A stretch of DNA of 64,000 nucleotides from Bacteroidota bacterium (GTDB lineage Bacteria > Bacteroidota > Bacteroidia > Bacteroidales > WCHB1-69): contig JAGDMF010000008.1 in assembly GCA_017860455.1 (NCBI GenBank), positions 9,742 to 73,741 on the forward strand, written 5' to 3'. The number at the start of each line of letters is the position of its first letter. Position 1 is the stretch's first letter. The position numbers were made by a program, and so were the translations under genes. The notes below the pieces were generated by a model. It searched no databases, was not told the origin of the DNA, and was given only the letters and a program-made list of their open reading frames with translations. Of the stretch, positions 15,619 through 26,388 are shown in pieces.

Positions 15619-16680
15619 TTAAACAATAACGCCACTTCCGAAACATAACCTCTTTTCCCGGTCGTAAATTACCCCAAATTGTCCCGCTGCTATTCCGGAA
15701 ACTTTCTCTTTGGATTCAATCCGGTAAATATCCCCGATCCTTTTTAGAATTCCGGGTGTGAAATCGGGCGTGTGCCGGATCTTGAACTGAATCTCCTGCT
15801 CTTCAAAATCGCCCCAATTGGGATCTGTAATAAACTGAAATCCGGATAAATTGATCACATCACCATATTGTGTGGCAGGATCATACCCACAGGAAACAAA
15901 TAAAATATTCTCTTCAATATTTTTTTGGATCACAAACCATGGTCCTCCACTTAATCTTAATCCTTTTCTCTGGCCAATAGTGTGAAACCAATACCCATCA
16001 TGTTCTCCTAATATTTTCCCGGTTTCAAATTCAATAATTTTACCTTTTTTAACGCCTAAATATCTTTTAATAAAATCGTTATATTGAATTTTACCTAAAA
16101 AACAGATCCCCTGACTATCTTTACGGGTAGCGCTGGGTAAGTTTTCAGAAGTTGCAATTTGCCGTACTTCACTTTTTAAAAGATGTCCAATCGGAAACAT
16201 CAGTTTGGATAATTGCAGGGAGTTGATCTGGGCAAGAAAGTAGGTTTGATCTTTTACCCGGTCTTTGGCAGTGGATAAATAGAGTTGCTCCTCAATATTT
16301 GTAGTGGTGGCATAATGACCACTTGCAATTTTGTCAAATTCTTTGCCCCATTTTTGCTCAAAATACCCAAATTTGATCCATCGGTTGCACATCATATCCG
16401 GATTTGGAGTGAGTCCCCGTTTGACACTTTCAATCGTATAGGCGACCACATTATCCCAGTACTCTTCATGTAAACTAACCTCCTCCATCTTGAGGCCATA
16501 TTTTTTTGCTAAAAATTGAACCACAAACAGATCATCTTCGGTGGTGCACTGAATATTGCCGGCTTCATCTTCCATCCCGATTTTAATGTAAAATAGGGTA
16601 GGGTTGTAGCCCATCTCCTTGAGATTATAGACAATAACAGAGCTGTCAACTCCACCTGAAACCAATGCTGCTATCTCCAT
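15619..16680 (-). CDS. mnmA: tRNA 2-thiouridine(34) synthase MnmA
   Basis: PP-loop SGGVDSS at the N-terminus, plus DSQGICFLG and FHTIGQRKGL motifs. Confidence 0.9.
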   Translation of the reverse strand: MEIAALVSGGVDSSVIVYNLKEMGYNPTLFYIKIGMEDEAGNIQCTTEDDLFVVQFLAKKYGLKMEEVSLHEEYWDNVVAYTIESVKRGLTPNPDMMCNRWIKFGYFEQKWGKEFDKIASGHYATTTNIEEQLYLSTAKDRVKDQTYFLAQINSLQLSKLMFPIGHLLKSEVRQIATSENLPSATRKDSQGICFLGKIQYNDFIKRYLGVKKGKIIEFETGKILGEHDGYWFHTIGQRKGLRLSGGPWFVIQKNIEENILFVSCGYDPATQYGDVINLSGFQFITDPNWGDFEEQEIQFKIRHTPDFTPGILKRIGDIYRIESKEKVSGIAAGQFGVIYDREKRLCFGSGVIV

Positions 16681-16681
16681 T

Positions 16682-18121
16682 TTATTTTTCCTCCGTTTCA
16701 GATATTAATTCAGGTTCAAAAAGGATCGACTGGATGAGGTTTTCATATACATGAATTCCATTTTCCAAACTTTCAATCGGAATCCGTTCATTTACATTAT
16801 GAATAGAACTCATCAGGTCTGCATCTAAAAATATGGGTAAAATCCCAAAAGTGGGAATCCCTTTAGCTCTGAAGTAGTTATTATCATCTGATGCAGGGAC
16901 AATCAAACTGATCACTTCAGCATCCTTATAAACTTTTTTTAATGCCCGTTTCAATTTATAAAAATATTGATCAGGGATAGAACTGGGTGCAGGAATACTT
17001 TCACTGATAATTCTGATTTTTATGGAATCGTTCATTAACCAGACTCTCATTTTCTTTAAAAACGCATCTGTATTCACATCGGGTAGCAACCTGCAATCTA
17101 ATATCGCTTTGGTTTGATTTGGAATCACATTCGGAGCCCCGGGAGTTGTGTATAAACTGGTGATGGTGATGGTATTACTTAAAACAGAGTAAATCGCATC
17201 ATTTTGTTTCAATTTATAACCCACAAAAGGGGAGAAGAACTTAATATGTTTGTAAGCAAAACCTCTTAGTCCACCTTCAATTGTACCCACTTCTTTAAAC
17301 ATTCTTTCAGCTGCATCACAGTAAATAAGAGGTCTGATTCTGTTAATGGCTACTACTCTTTCCAACGCATTGATTTTTTGCTGAATGGAGTAATTTAGTG
17401 GTGGCACAGATCCGTGTCCGGAAGATTTTACATTTAATGTTAACTCTAACCACAATGTTCTTTTGGATGCTACACAAATGCCATATACATGTCTTTTGGG
17501 ATCTTTAGCGAGCAGTCCGTCAAATCCGGATCCCCCTTCACCGTAAACCACAACCGGATTTAAAATTTCCAGAAATTGATTTGTTACCACCAAAGCTCCT
17601 GTTTCTCCACCGGTTTCTTCATTGGAGACGGCCAGAATTGTGATATTATAGGGTAGATCATGTTGTTTTGCTTTTTCAACAAATTGGGCTAATGCCATCA
17701 ATTGCATCACACCCATCCCTTTATTATCTAATGAACCTCTGCCCCAAACACAACCTTCAGCTATGATTCCGGAAAAAGGTGGGTATTTGTTGTAATGATC
17801 CTCCTGAACATCCACAACATCAATGTGAGTCAATAATACAATGTTGGGTTTTCGGGAGGAAAGCGGGTAAAGAGATGCCGTAAAATTGTAGGAGTCTGTT
17901 AATTCAGTCAAAACCTGCACAAATAATCCCATCTCTTTCGCTTTTTGAGCTAAAAATTCACCGGCACTTTTTTCAGTACCGGTAATGGAAGGTATTTGAA
18001 CATATTCACTTAATAATAATGCGGAAGGAGGTATTGTGTCAATTGTATTGGATTTGCCAATGCCTGTAAATAAAGATAAAATTGTTAACGAAATACATGT
18101 TAAAAACTTACGAATAAACAT
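16682..18121 (-). CDS. M20/M28-family metallopeptidase
   Basis: Signal peptide present. LLTHIDVV, GRGSLDNKG, SNEETGG and GEGG motifs occur. The track start is TTG. Confidence 0.75.
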   Translation of the reverse strand: MFIRKFLTCISLTILSLFTGIGKSNTIDTIPPSALLLSEYVQIPSITGTEKSAGEFLAQKAKEMGLFVQVLTELTDSYNFTASLYPLSSRKPNIVLLTHIDVVDVQEDHYNKYPPFSGIIAEGCVWGRGSLDNKGMGVMQLMALAQFVEKAKQHDLPYNITILAVSNEETGGETGALVVTNQFLEILNPVVVYGEGGSGFDGLLAKDPKRHVYGICVASKRTLWLELTLNVKSSGHGSVPPLNYSIQQKINALERVVAINRIRPLIYCDAAERMFKEVGTIEGGLRGFAYKHIKFFSPFVGYKLKQNDAIYSVLSNTITITSLYTTPGAPNVIPNQTKAILDCRLLPDVNTDAFLKKMRVWLMNDSIKIRIISESIPAPSSIPDQYFYKLKRALKKVYKDAEVISLIVPASDDNNYFRAKGIPTFGILPIFLDADLMSSIHNVNERIPIESLENGIHVYENLIQSILFEPELISETEEK

Positions 18122-18172
18122 ACTACAATATTTTATCTTTATAAAATCAAGCTACAAAGATACAAAAAAAAA

Positions 18173-18207
18173 TCCCTGTACTCCATTTTGAGTACAGGGA
18201 TTTTTTC
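18173..18207. terminator. Bidirectional hairpin terminator between the receptor and the peptidase gene
   Basis: ATCCCTGTACTC and GAGTACAGGGAT form a 12-bp stem. An A-run lies upstream and a T-run downstream. My base count here may be off by 1 relative to the ORF track. Confidence 0.7.
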
Positions 18208-20659
18208 AGTTCCTGCTTCCACCTTCGAAAACCGGTTCTTTTTCGGTTTCAATCGGCGCCCGCCGCTTATAGTTGTTAAATTTATATCCGATATTTAAAA
18301 CAATAACAGGATACTCATTTTTCATTGTAAATGTGGATTTTAGTTGCGGAGTGTCTGTTATGATCGTATAATTGGCAGTATGGAAAAGATCTCGTCCAGT
18401 TAAACTTATCGTTAGTTTTTGATTGAAAAAGTCTTTTGCTAAAGATAGGTTAACACCATACATTTGCTTTTCACTCCCCTGAGAGGTTACTTTTGGTGAG
18501 TTGTAAAATCCAACTAATTGTACTCTGAAGTTTTTCCAAAATCTGAATGTAGTATTTAAAACCCAGTCGGAATTGATACTTCTGTTGGTTTGAATCACAT
18601 TTCCATACGTTTGAGTGACATTGTAACTGTATAAACTACCACTTGCAGAGAGGGAAACCCACTTGGCCAACCTGTAGTTACCGCTCATTTCGATACCGTA
18701 AGCATATTGTTTGTTCAGATTTTCAACTCTGATTAAAATGATTCCACTGGTATCTATTGTCATCTCCTGAGAAAACGCATTATTGGTTTGTCGATAAAAA
18801 CTTTCAATAGCAAAATACCCTTTTGCCAATGGTTTCATCAAATTAATTTCATAAGAATCAGATAATTGAGGCATCAAATAGGGGTTTCCTACCTGAGAGA
18901 TATATTTGTCAGAGTATAAAGGGTAGGGGAATAGGTTCCATTCTCTCGGACGATCGATCCTTCTGCTGTAACTGAACTGCATTTGATAATTGTTTTTTAA
19001 AGGTAAGGTGATGTGTAGAGTTGGAAATAAATAGAGTTTGTTAACAGAGAACGATTCATTTTGATTTACAATATTTAATTCTCTTCCATAATATTCACCT
19101 CTTAACCCGGCTAAAAGCTGAATCTTTTTCCATTGTGCACTAAAAGTTCCGTAGATAGCCTGAATGTTCTGACTGAATTTCATGTCATGATTAATGGCAT
19201 GATTCAAATCCCATTCCTGCGTATCAAAATCCTGAAAAACCAAACTGTATCCAGAGTTAGCACACTTCAGATTTCCAAGATATCCAAATTCTAAACTATA
19301 AATTTTATTTAGAGGTAAAGTATAATCGATTTTAAGTTGTATTGCTTTGGTGTTATCATCTCTTTCGGAAATGTGATGTATTCCATCTGTTATTGAAATA
19401 AAATCGGGTTCGGTAATCAAATCGTTTACATCAGTAATGTTGTGCCCATCCCATAAAGCAAATACCAAAGATGTTTTTAAACTTTGCCCTAATGTATCTA
19501 ATTGAATAAAATCCACGAGACTAAAATTTTGGTAAAATCCACCAATATCGAGTAATGATTTGGTTAAAGAGTAATTTTGTATCGGATTTGAACTAAATGT
19601 TTCTTTAGTATACGTAGGAATATTCATATTCATACCCCAGTATCCACAGCTATATTCGGCACTTAGCGTATGAAAATTGGAGATATTCCAATCGAATCCA
19701 CCTTGTATTGAATAGGGTGTTACTCTTTGTACACGTTGTTCCGTTTGTGATGTAAAACGGGAACTATCACCATAATTTAATTCAGATTCCATCGTGTTAT
19801 AGGGATATGAACCATTATATGCACCATTTCCACTTAAGTAAATATTGAATTTCTCATTTTTATAATTGAGATTAAAGTCACCGGCATAATTATGATATGT
19901 TCCTACGGAGCCATTCATCAGGGCACTAAAACTTTTTAAACTGTTTTTTTTCATGATTATATTGATGATCCCGGTAGTTCCATCAGGATCATATTTGGCT
20001 GATGGATTGGTGATGATTTCAATATCCTGAACACTATTGGCAGGAATCTGCTTTAAAGCATCATTGCCCGTTAAAGCAGTAGGTTTTCCATTGATTAACA
20101 CAATGAAATTTGTGCTTCCCCTAAGAGAGACATCCCCCTCAATATCAACCTGAATCGAGGGGGTGTTCTCTAATAGATTGACAACACTACCCCCTTTAGA
20201 ATCCAATTTAGCATCAGCATGAATCACTTTCTTATCCATTTTGTATTCAATAGCCGGCTTTTCTTGTGAAATTTCTACTCCCGCCAGAGAGAAAGATGCT
20301 TCTTCCAAAATAATTGTCCCGCAATCAAATAATTGCTTTTTTTCAGTAATCTCAATGGGGGAGATCACCTTTTTGTTGAACCCCATGTAGTTGGCTACTA
20401 AATAGTAGGTTCCTTTTGGAAGTTTCCCGATCCTAAAGCTTCCGTCAACTTTTGTGACAGCGCCTGTTATTAATGTAGAATCAGGAAAGGAGTAAATAGA
20501 AATACTCACATATTCTATCGAATTATTCCCTTTTTGAGAGACAATCTTCCCTTGAATGGATCCTTTGGGTACTTCAAAGTCACCATTTTCCGTTGAACAA
20601 TTTCCTGTAAAAGGAAGAATAAGTAAATAGAGTACAATACTAATTAAAATTGGTTTCAT
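18206..20659 (-). CDS. TonB-dependent-receptor-like outer-membrane beta-barrel protein with CarboxypepD_reg-like N-domain
   Basis: Signal peptide followed by G.I.G.V......YV.I.......TG..T...G.F.I..L..G.Y. There is a plug-like segment and a long barrel of alternating aromatic strands. Confidence 0.8.
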   Translation of the reverse strand: MKPILISIVLYLLILPFTGNCSTENGDFEVPKGSIQGKIVSQKGNNSIEYVSISIYSFPDSTLITGAVTKVDGSFRIGKLPKGTYYLVANYMGFNKKVISPIEITEKKQLFDCGTIILEEASFSLAGVEISQEKPAIEYKMDKKVIHADAKLDSKGGSVVNLLENTPSIQVDIEGDVSLRGSTNFIVLINGKPTALTGNDALKQIPANSVQDIEIITNPSAKYDPDGTTGIINIIMKKNSLKSFSALMNGSVGTYHNYAGDFNLNYKNEKFNIYLSGNGAYNGSYPYNTMESELNYGDSSRFTSQTEQRVQRVTPYSIQGGFDWNISNFHTLSAEYSCGYWGMNMNIPTYTKETFSSNPIQNYSLTKSLLDIGGFYQNFSLVDFIQLDTLGQSLKTSLVFALWDGHNITDVNDLITEPDFISITDGIHHISERDDNTKAIQLKIDYTLPLNKIYSLEFGYLGNLKCANSGYSLVFQDFDTQEWDLNHAINHDMKFSQNIQAIYGTFSAQWKKIQLLAGLRGEYYGRELNIVNQNESFSVNKLYLFPTLHITLPLKNNYQMQFSYSRRIDRPREWNLFPYPLYSDKYISQVGNPYLMPQLSDSYEINLMKPLAKGYFAIESFYRQTNNAFSQEMTIDTSGIILIRVENLNKQYAYGIEMSGNYRLAKWVSLSASGSLYSYNVTQTYGNVIQTNRSINSDWVLNTTFRFWKNFRVQLVGFYNSPKVTSQGSEKQMYGVNLSLAKDFFNQKLTISLTGRDLFHTANYTIITDTPQLKSTFTMKNEYPVIVLNIGYKFNNYKRRAPIETEKEPVFEGGSRN

Positions 20660-20684
20660 AAAGGTAGTTTTTATAGTGTGTCAA

Positions 20685-22007
20685 TTATTTTTCAATCATC
20701 ATTTTATGAATTTTCTTTTGTTTCCCGGTTTCAAGAATACACAAATAGATCCCATTGGTTAACTGGTTATTTTGAAATTCAAACTGGTATTTTCCAACTT
20801 CTTGATATCCAAATTCATGTTTTTCAATCACTTTCCCCATTACATCAGTTATCGTAATGCTCACTTCACTCCCTTGTGAAATTTGATATTCAATCATCGT
20901 TTGAGTTTGAAATGGATTAGGATAATTAGTAACTGAAATATTGTTTTGAGTACCATTTTGATCATCAACTCCTTGAGGATTAGGTTTTAAATTGTAAATA
21001 AAGTAAGCTCCGGGTACATGCAAACGTCGTGTGGTAGTAAAATATACTTCGTCATTGTCAGTGATGGAAATACCTTCAGGATATTTTATTCTCGAATCAA
21101 CAATGGCAGTTAATAAGGATAACCCCGGAGTTAAATAGTAAATCGCATTATCTTCAATTCCGGTCATGAATAATCTTCCATGATGATCAAATTCCATCCC
21201 ATCTGATGGAAGAGTGGAACAAACAAACTCTACTCCTGCTTCAACTGATGTTTGATCTAAAGTAGTATCTGTTAATAGATCTGTTGAGATTCTATATAGA
21301 CCAAAACTTGTTAAAGGCTTATAATATAGATAGTTGCCATTTTGAGTTAAAGCAATTCCATTCACATTTCCTTTACAAATAAATATTTGACTGCTTACAC
21401 ATAATGGCATCTCGTCTCCAATTACAGATGGATGATTAGATAATAATTTTCTCATGATTCCGGTTGAAAGATCAACAACTATAATGGATCCTTGCCCAGA
21501 TTCACTGATATAAGCATAGTTTCTTTCCGTGTCAATTCTAACATCATTCAAATAACAGCTATCATTTACCACTGTACTATTAAAAGGGATGATTTGAAGA
21601 ATGGAATCTGTAGAAACATCCACTTTGATTAATTTGGCACATCCACATAAACAATTCCCCAATATTGAACCCGAATCTAAAATCCATAAATAGCCATTTC
21701 TGTCAATATAAATAGCATTAACACTAACAAATTGATTGGAACCACTACAACTCAAATTCCAGTTGTTCCACTCATTGTTGGGGTAAGGAACCTCTGCTCC
21801 ATTTACAACTTCTGCAACTGAAAACGGAATATTTCCCTCTCTTGGATAACAAACAAAAACCCGCTCTTCGGATGTTACTGCTACACCTGTCCATCTGGTT
21901 GTTGATTGTTGTACAATTCCTAAATAATAGTTTTGTTCAAGAGCAAAACTACTCTTCATTATTGTCAAAGCAATAATGGTAGTTAATAATAACTTAACTG
22001 TTTTCAT
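20685..22007 (-). CDS. Major-royal-jelly/yellow-like six-bladed propeller protein with T9SS type-A C-terminal sorting domain
   Basis: PYPNNEWNNW and YLWILDSG motifs fit the MRJP family. The C-terminal NYPNPF....I.Y......V.I.I.D..GK......GIY sequence is a Por tail. Confidence 0.6.
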   Translation of the reverse strand: MKTVKLLLTTIIALTIMKSSFALEQNYYLGIVQQSTTRWTGVAVTSEERVFVCYPREGNIPFSVAEVVNGAEVPYPNNEWNNWNLSCSGSNQFVSVNAIYIDRNGYLWILDSGSILGNCLCGCAKLIKVDVSTDSILQIIPFNSTVVNDSCYLNDVRIDTERNYAYISESGQGSIIVVDLSTGIMRKLLSNHPSVIGDEMPLCVSSQIFICKGNVNGIALTQNGNYLYYKPLTSFGLYRISTDLLTDTTLDQTSVEAGVEFVCSTLPSDGMEFDHHGRLFMTGIEDNAIYYLTPGLSLLTAIVDSRIKYPEGISITDNDEVYFTTTRRLHVPGAYFIYNLKPNPQGVDDQNGTQNNISVTNYPNPFQTQTMIEYQISQGSEVSITITDVMGKVIEKHEFGYQEVGKYQFEFQNNQLTNGIYLCILETGKQKKIHKMMIEK

Positions 22008-22116
22008 AACAAATTCTCCTTTGATTTAAAGGTTGAAAAAATAAAATATGGTGTTTTATAACAATGTTTTACAATGTTAAACTGTGTTTTTCTAAGAAAG
22101 AATGGATAGTTTTAGA

Positions 22117-24573
22117 CTATTTTTTCCAAAGTTTTCTAACGTTTAGATAGTCTATATAATATAAAATTTTTACTGAAATACTATTGGTTTTAGGCATATC
22201 AAATGTGTCTTCAATATTTCTGAAAAAGTTTAATTCACTTAAAGCAGCATCAGATTCAATGGCATTTTTGTAAATAATAGAGATGGTACTGCCAGGTGCA
22301 AACTGCCAGGAATAGATAAAATCTATAAAAAAAACATTATAACTGAAGTTTCTGTCTGATTGATACGTTGTATTGAGTTCAATGCCACCATCTTCCAATA
22401 AAGTGTAGTAATCATGATATTGACCTGTGTACCAGTAATGTCTTCCAACTAAACTTAAACTCATATCGTTTTTAATCAAATATTGTACCGATAAATTATT
22501 TTCGTAAGTAATCAATTGGCGTCCACCGAATATGATCTCATCCGGACTAATTACTTCAACAAAACCAATATTGTAAGTGTTGTTAAAATAATTAAAGGAG
22601 TAACTCATTTTGAAATTATTTTTAATTCTGTAACTGATCATAGGTGTGATTCCATAAGCAGCTCCGTCAAAAACTTCTGAGAAGTCCCCGTAACTGAGTT
22701 CAATGGCATAAGAAAATGGTTTACGCTCATCTGATGAGTAGGAAGTGGAGATGTTATAATTTTTATATTTTCTGAAAACTCTACCTGGAACCCTGGGTTC
22801 ATAATAATCGTACGCTATAAATAGCATACCGTATAAATTGAGATTGTAATAGGCGTAATTGTTCAGAAGAAAAGTAAAATTAGCATTCATTGAATTGCCA
22901 ACACATTTGAAAGTTTCAGGATTTAAAACATGGGTATAAGTAATGGAATGGTAAGATTCTCTAAATAATTTATTGGGTTTATAAGTATCATAAGAAAAAT
23001 AGATTTTTTCCGACTGCTTGTTTCCTATCACATAATATCCCATATCTCTTGAATCATAAGTTTTGCCGATATAGGTATGAGATATTCCAAATTGGAAATT
23101 ACCGGATGCTTTTCTAAAACCGGCAAAATATCGATGCCCTATGGAGCTATTGTATTGATTACTTGTTGAATCTGATCCTGTAAGTATTTGACTTATCGCA
23201 TAATTCCCATCAATAGCATAAACACTGTTTTTATTCATTAAAGTGAAACCGGTTCCGGTTACATTTGCCGTTCTATGAGTTGTTGGTTTTATTACATTGG
23301 TGTTGATGAGGTAAACAGAAGAATTGTTTTTAAGCAATTGATCAAATACGATCACATTGTAGTTGGCATAAGGTTCTGTTAGCACTTTTCGTTCATTACC
23401 TAGAGAATCTTCAATAATCGCATAAGTGTTGTCTGTAATCGCATTAAACACCCCAATTCCTAAGCCATTGTTGTTTCTTCCGGTTAGTTTAACTGCATTG
23501 ATTAACCTTACGGTAGATGGGTTTTCAGTAATTGTTTCCCCATTTTGAATATTCCCGTAAACATTGGAATATTGATCAGGCGTTTTTCCGATTCTTCTCG
23601 AATAAAAGAGTTGGTTTTTATTGAACAATTCAGTACCTTCTTTGAAAAATGGTCGGTTTTCATTAAAAACCACCTCGTCATATCCTAAAGTTTTAATTTT
23701 ATTATCGGATTGTACCTGGCTAAAATCGGGCATCAAGGTTAAATCTATTGTGAATTTCTCATCCAATCCATACTTTAAATCTGCTCCGAAATTATAGGAG
23801 AAAGCATTTTCGTAATGAATACTCTGATCACTATTTTGAAAAGGTTCGCTTTTATAGTATAAATTCACAAATGGACTGACTGACAATCGAATAGGTGGTT
23901 TAATATCCTGAAGACCTTTTAAAGTACCCCACAAAGCACGGGGACTGGAATTGTTTTTGGGAATCAATGCCCACTGATCTGTTTCATTATGTCGTTTGAT
24001 TTCCCTCACAATCTGAAATCCCCAATCCTGAATGGAAGTGCTGGGAAAACGGATTGCTGAGTAAGGAATACTCATCTCTACAACCCATCCATTTTCGCCA
24101 ATTTTAGTTGCACTATGCCAAACCGCATCATAAGTTGGATCTGAATCCCGATAATCAAATTGAACACCTGAGGCTGAGATTCCAAATACGTAAGCATCTT
24201 GTCTTTTATAGGTATCAAATCCAATATAGAGCATATCACTGATAATCTCATGGTTATCCCGGGATCCTAATTGGGCATAAATACTATCGGGAGCAGAATC
24301 GTATAAAATAGCCCCAATATAAATGGCGAAATTATCATAAGTGATCTTAATCTCAGCTTTTTGGGATGGATCTGCCCCAAAAATGGGAAATTGTTGTTTA
24401 AAATCAGTAATGGATTTCAGATTAATCCAACAAGGATCGTCTAAAACTCCATCTATTCTGGGAGCTATTTCTGTGCGGGATGCTACAAACTCTTGGGTTA
24501 TGTTTTGTGAGTGTAAAGTTAAAATAGTAAAAAAAGAAATAATAATTACGATTGTAGCTTTTCGGATTCCCAT
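22117..24573 (-). CDS. CBM9-like + DUF5916 domain outer-membrane protein
   Basis: The N-terminal IDGVLDDPCW motif is followed by a long beta-rich region typical of DUF5916 proteins. Confidence 0.65.
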   Translation of the reverse strand: MGIRKATIVIIISFFTILTLHSQNITQEFVASRTEIAPRIDGVLDDPCWINLKSITDFKQQFPIFGADPSQKAEIKITYDNFAIYIGAILYDSAPDSIYAQLGSRDNHEIISDMLYIGFDTYKRQDAYVFGISASGVQFDYRDSDPTYDAVWHSATKIGENGWVVEMSIPYSAIRFPSTSIQDWGFQIVREIKRHNETDQWALIPKNNSSPRALWGTLKGLQDIKPPIRLSVSPFVNLYYKSEPFQNSDQSIHYENAFSYNFGADLKYGLDEKFTIDLTLMPDFSQVQSDNKIKTLGYDEVVFNENRPFFKEGTELFNKNQLFYSRRIGKTPDQYSNVYGNIQNGETITENPSTVRLINAVKLTGRNNNGLGIGVFNAITDNTYAIIEDSLGNERKVLTEPYANYNVIVFDQLLKNNSSVYLINTNVIKPTTHRTANVTGTGFTLMNKNSVYAIDGNYAISQILTGSDSTSNQYNSSIGHRYFAGFRKASGNFQFGISHTYIGKTYDSRDMGYYVIGNKQSEKIYFSYDTYKPNKLFRESYHSITYTHVLNPETFKCVGNSMNANFTFLLNNYAYYNLNLYGMLFIAYDYYEPRVPGRVFRKYKNYNISTSYSSDERKPFSYAIELSYGDFSEVFDGAAYGITPMISYRIKNNFKMSYSFNYFNNTYNIGFVEVISPDEIIFGGRQLITYENNLSVQYLIKNDMSLSLVGRHYWYTGQYHDYYTLLEDGGIELNTTYQSDRNFSYNVFFIDFIYSWQFAPGSTISIIYKNAIESDAALSELNFFRNIEDTFDMPKTNSISVKILYYIDYLNVRKLWKK

Positions 24574-24584
24574 AAAAAACGGAT

Positions 24585-25313
24585 TTAAAGTTTGTATTTA
24601 TGTTTGATTTGTTTGTAATAATTTCTTGAAATCGGATAAACAGTATCTATGCCCTGCATCGCAATATCCGCCGTTCCGGCAATATTAGGGGTGATTTTTT
24701 TGATAAAATCAAAATTAATAATCGTAGAACGGTGAATTCTGCAAAAATGTTGATCCGGTAAACGGTTTTCCCATTCACTGATGCTATTGGAGGTCAAATA
24801 TTCTGATCCATCAAAGGTGTAAATATAGGTGTATTCCCTTGATGCACAAATCGAAACGATGGTGTCCAGTTTGATGAAATGGAGTGACTTCTTCAGTGTT
24901 ACCAAAATCCGGTCATTGTAATTGAGCTTTAACGGAATTTCAACGCCATTCACCACATCATTTTGTTGCAATTTTTCAATGGCACTTTTCAGTCTTCTGT
25001 CAGATACCGGTTTCATGATGTAATCGAGTGCATTCACATCAAATGCCCGAATCGCATATTCATCATAAGCAGTCACAAAGATGATTTTACCTTCGTAATC
25101 AATTTTTTGCAACAGATCAAATCCTGTACCGTCACCCAGCTGGATATCCAGAAACAACAAAGAGGGGTTCAACTCTTTGATTTTGGTAATCCCTTCCTGA
25201 ACAGAACCGGCACTTCCCAAAATGTTGATTTGTGGGAAATCTGCCAATTTGTTTTTTAGCGTGAATCTTGCTAAAGATTCATCATCAATAATTAAAGCAT
25301 CAAAATTATTCAT
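24585..25313 (-). CDS. LytTR-family response regulator
   Basis: Receiver domain (ALIIDDE ... LLFLDIQL). C-terminal LytTR domain (FCRIHRSTIIN). The start was moved to the ATG at 25313, which overlaps the kinase stop by 8 nt. Confidence 0.9.
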   Translation of the reverse strand: MNNFDALIIDDESLARFTLKNKLADFPQINILGSAGSVQEGITKIKELNPSLLFLDIQLGDGTGFDLLQKIDYEGKIIFVTAYDEYAIRAFDVNALDYIMKPVSDRRLKSAIEKLQQNDVVNGVEIPLKLNYNDRILVTLKKSLHFIKLDTIVSICASREYTYIYTFDGSEYLTSNSISEWENRLPDQHFCRIHRSTIINFDFIKKITPNIAGTADIAMQGIDTVYPISRNYYKQIKHKYKL

Positions 25314-26364
25314 CGTAAGGAATTTTAAATTCGACACTTACTAACTCGTCATTGTGAGCAATATTAAAATTGCAATGATCAGAATAAGCATTTTTTAACC
25401 TTTCTTTTGTATTTTGAATTCCGGTTCCCTGTTCCGCTTTGTCGATCCAGGTACCATTATTTTTTATCGATATTTTTAACATGTCTCCCTCTTTTTCCGC
25501 CTCAATTAATACATGTGTAATCTCATTGTGATTACTTCTCATTCCGTATTTCACTGCATTTTCAATCAATGGCTGGGTAAGAAATGATAATATTTTGGCA
25601 TTTCCAATCTCATCGGGAAAATCAATTGTGTAATGTAATTTTTCTGAAAACCGGATCTTTTCGATAAACAGATATTTTTCCATAATCTCAAATTCCTCTT
25701 TTAAAGGGATAAAGATATCATTATTATGTTTTAATGAGTATCTTAAAAATTCAGAGAGTTCAGTCAACATTAAATCTGCCTTCTTAACATCAGTATACAT
25801 CAAACTTTGTATTGAATTCAATGAATTAAATAAAAAGTGAGGATTAAGCTGGTACCGTAGCATTTTCAATTGCGCTTTTACGGTTTGCAATTGTAAATTT
25901 TTCGATTTTTGGATCTCATTTTGCAACTCTTGCCAGTAGCGAATCACAAAATATAAAATACTCCAAACAAAAGGCAGCCAGGCACTTAGAAAAATGGCGC
26001 CGAAATAACGGATATTACGAACTCTTTCTATCCAGGGAGGAACACTTTTGAAAAGAAGGGGCTCCACCATCATTAATAGTTCCCTCATAATGAAAGAACA
26101 AAAAATGGAGATTACAGAAATGAGTAAAATGTAAAGTAGGGGAGATTTTCTTAAATTATAAAAGTAACGGTAAACATATCGTAATCCCATTGTTTCTGCA
26201 AAAAAGATAGCAAATGCAATTATAAGATATGGTATAGCATTCTTCGTTTTGGCAAAAAAATCAAGAGAAGTCATCACTTCATTTACAATATAGATGCTCC
26301 AGCCAAACAGTTGGTAGTGCCAAAAATTGAGTTGAAAATTCTTAATAAAAGCCCTGGCATTCAT
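25306..26364 (-). CDS. LytS-type sensor histidine kinase (His_kinase PF06580-like)
   Basis: Multi-TM N-terminus, LRYQLNPHFLFNSLNS H-box, and a C-terminal ATPase (IENAVKYG, GTGIQN). Confidence 0.9.
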   Translation of the reverse strand: MNARAFIKNFQLNFWHYQLFGWSIYIVNEVMTSLDFFAKTKNAIPYLIIAFAIFFAETMGLRYVYRYFYNLRKSPLLYILLISVISIFCSFIMRELLMMVEPLLFKSVPPWIERVRNIRYFGAIFLSAWLPFVWSILYFVIRYWQELQNEIQKSKNLQLQTVKAQLKMLRYQLNPHFLFNSLNSIQSLMYTDVKKADLMLTELSEFLRYSLKHNNDIFIPLKEEFEIMEKYLFIEKIRFSEKLHYTIDFPDEIGNAKILSFLTQPLIENAVKYGMRSNHNEITHVLIEAEKEGDMLKISIKNNGTWIDKAEQGTGIQNTKERLKNAYSDHCNFNIAHNDELVSVEFKIPYDE

Positions 26365-26388
26365 AAAGCGTTTTTTTTTGCAAATATA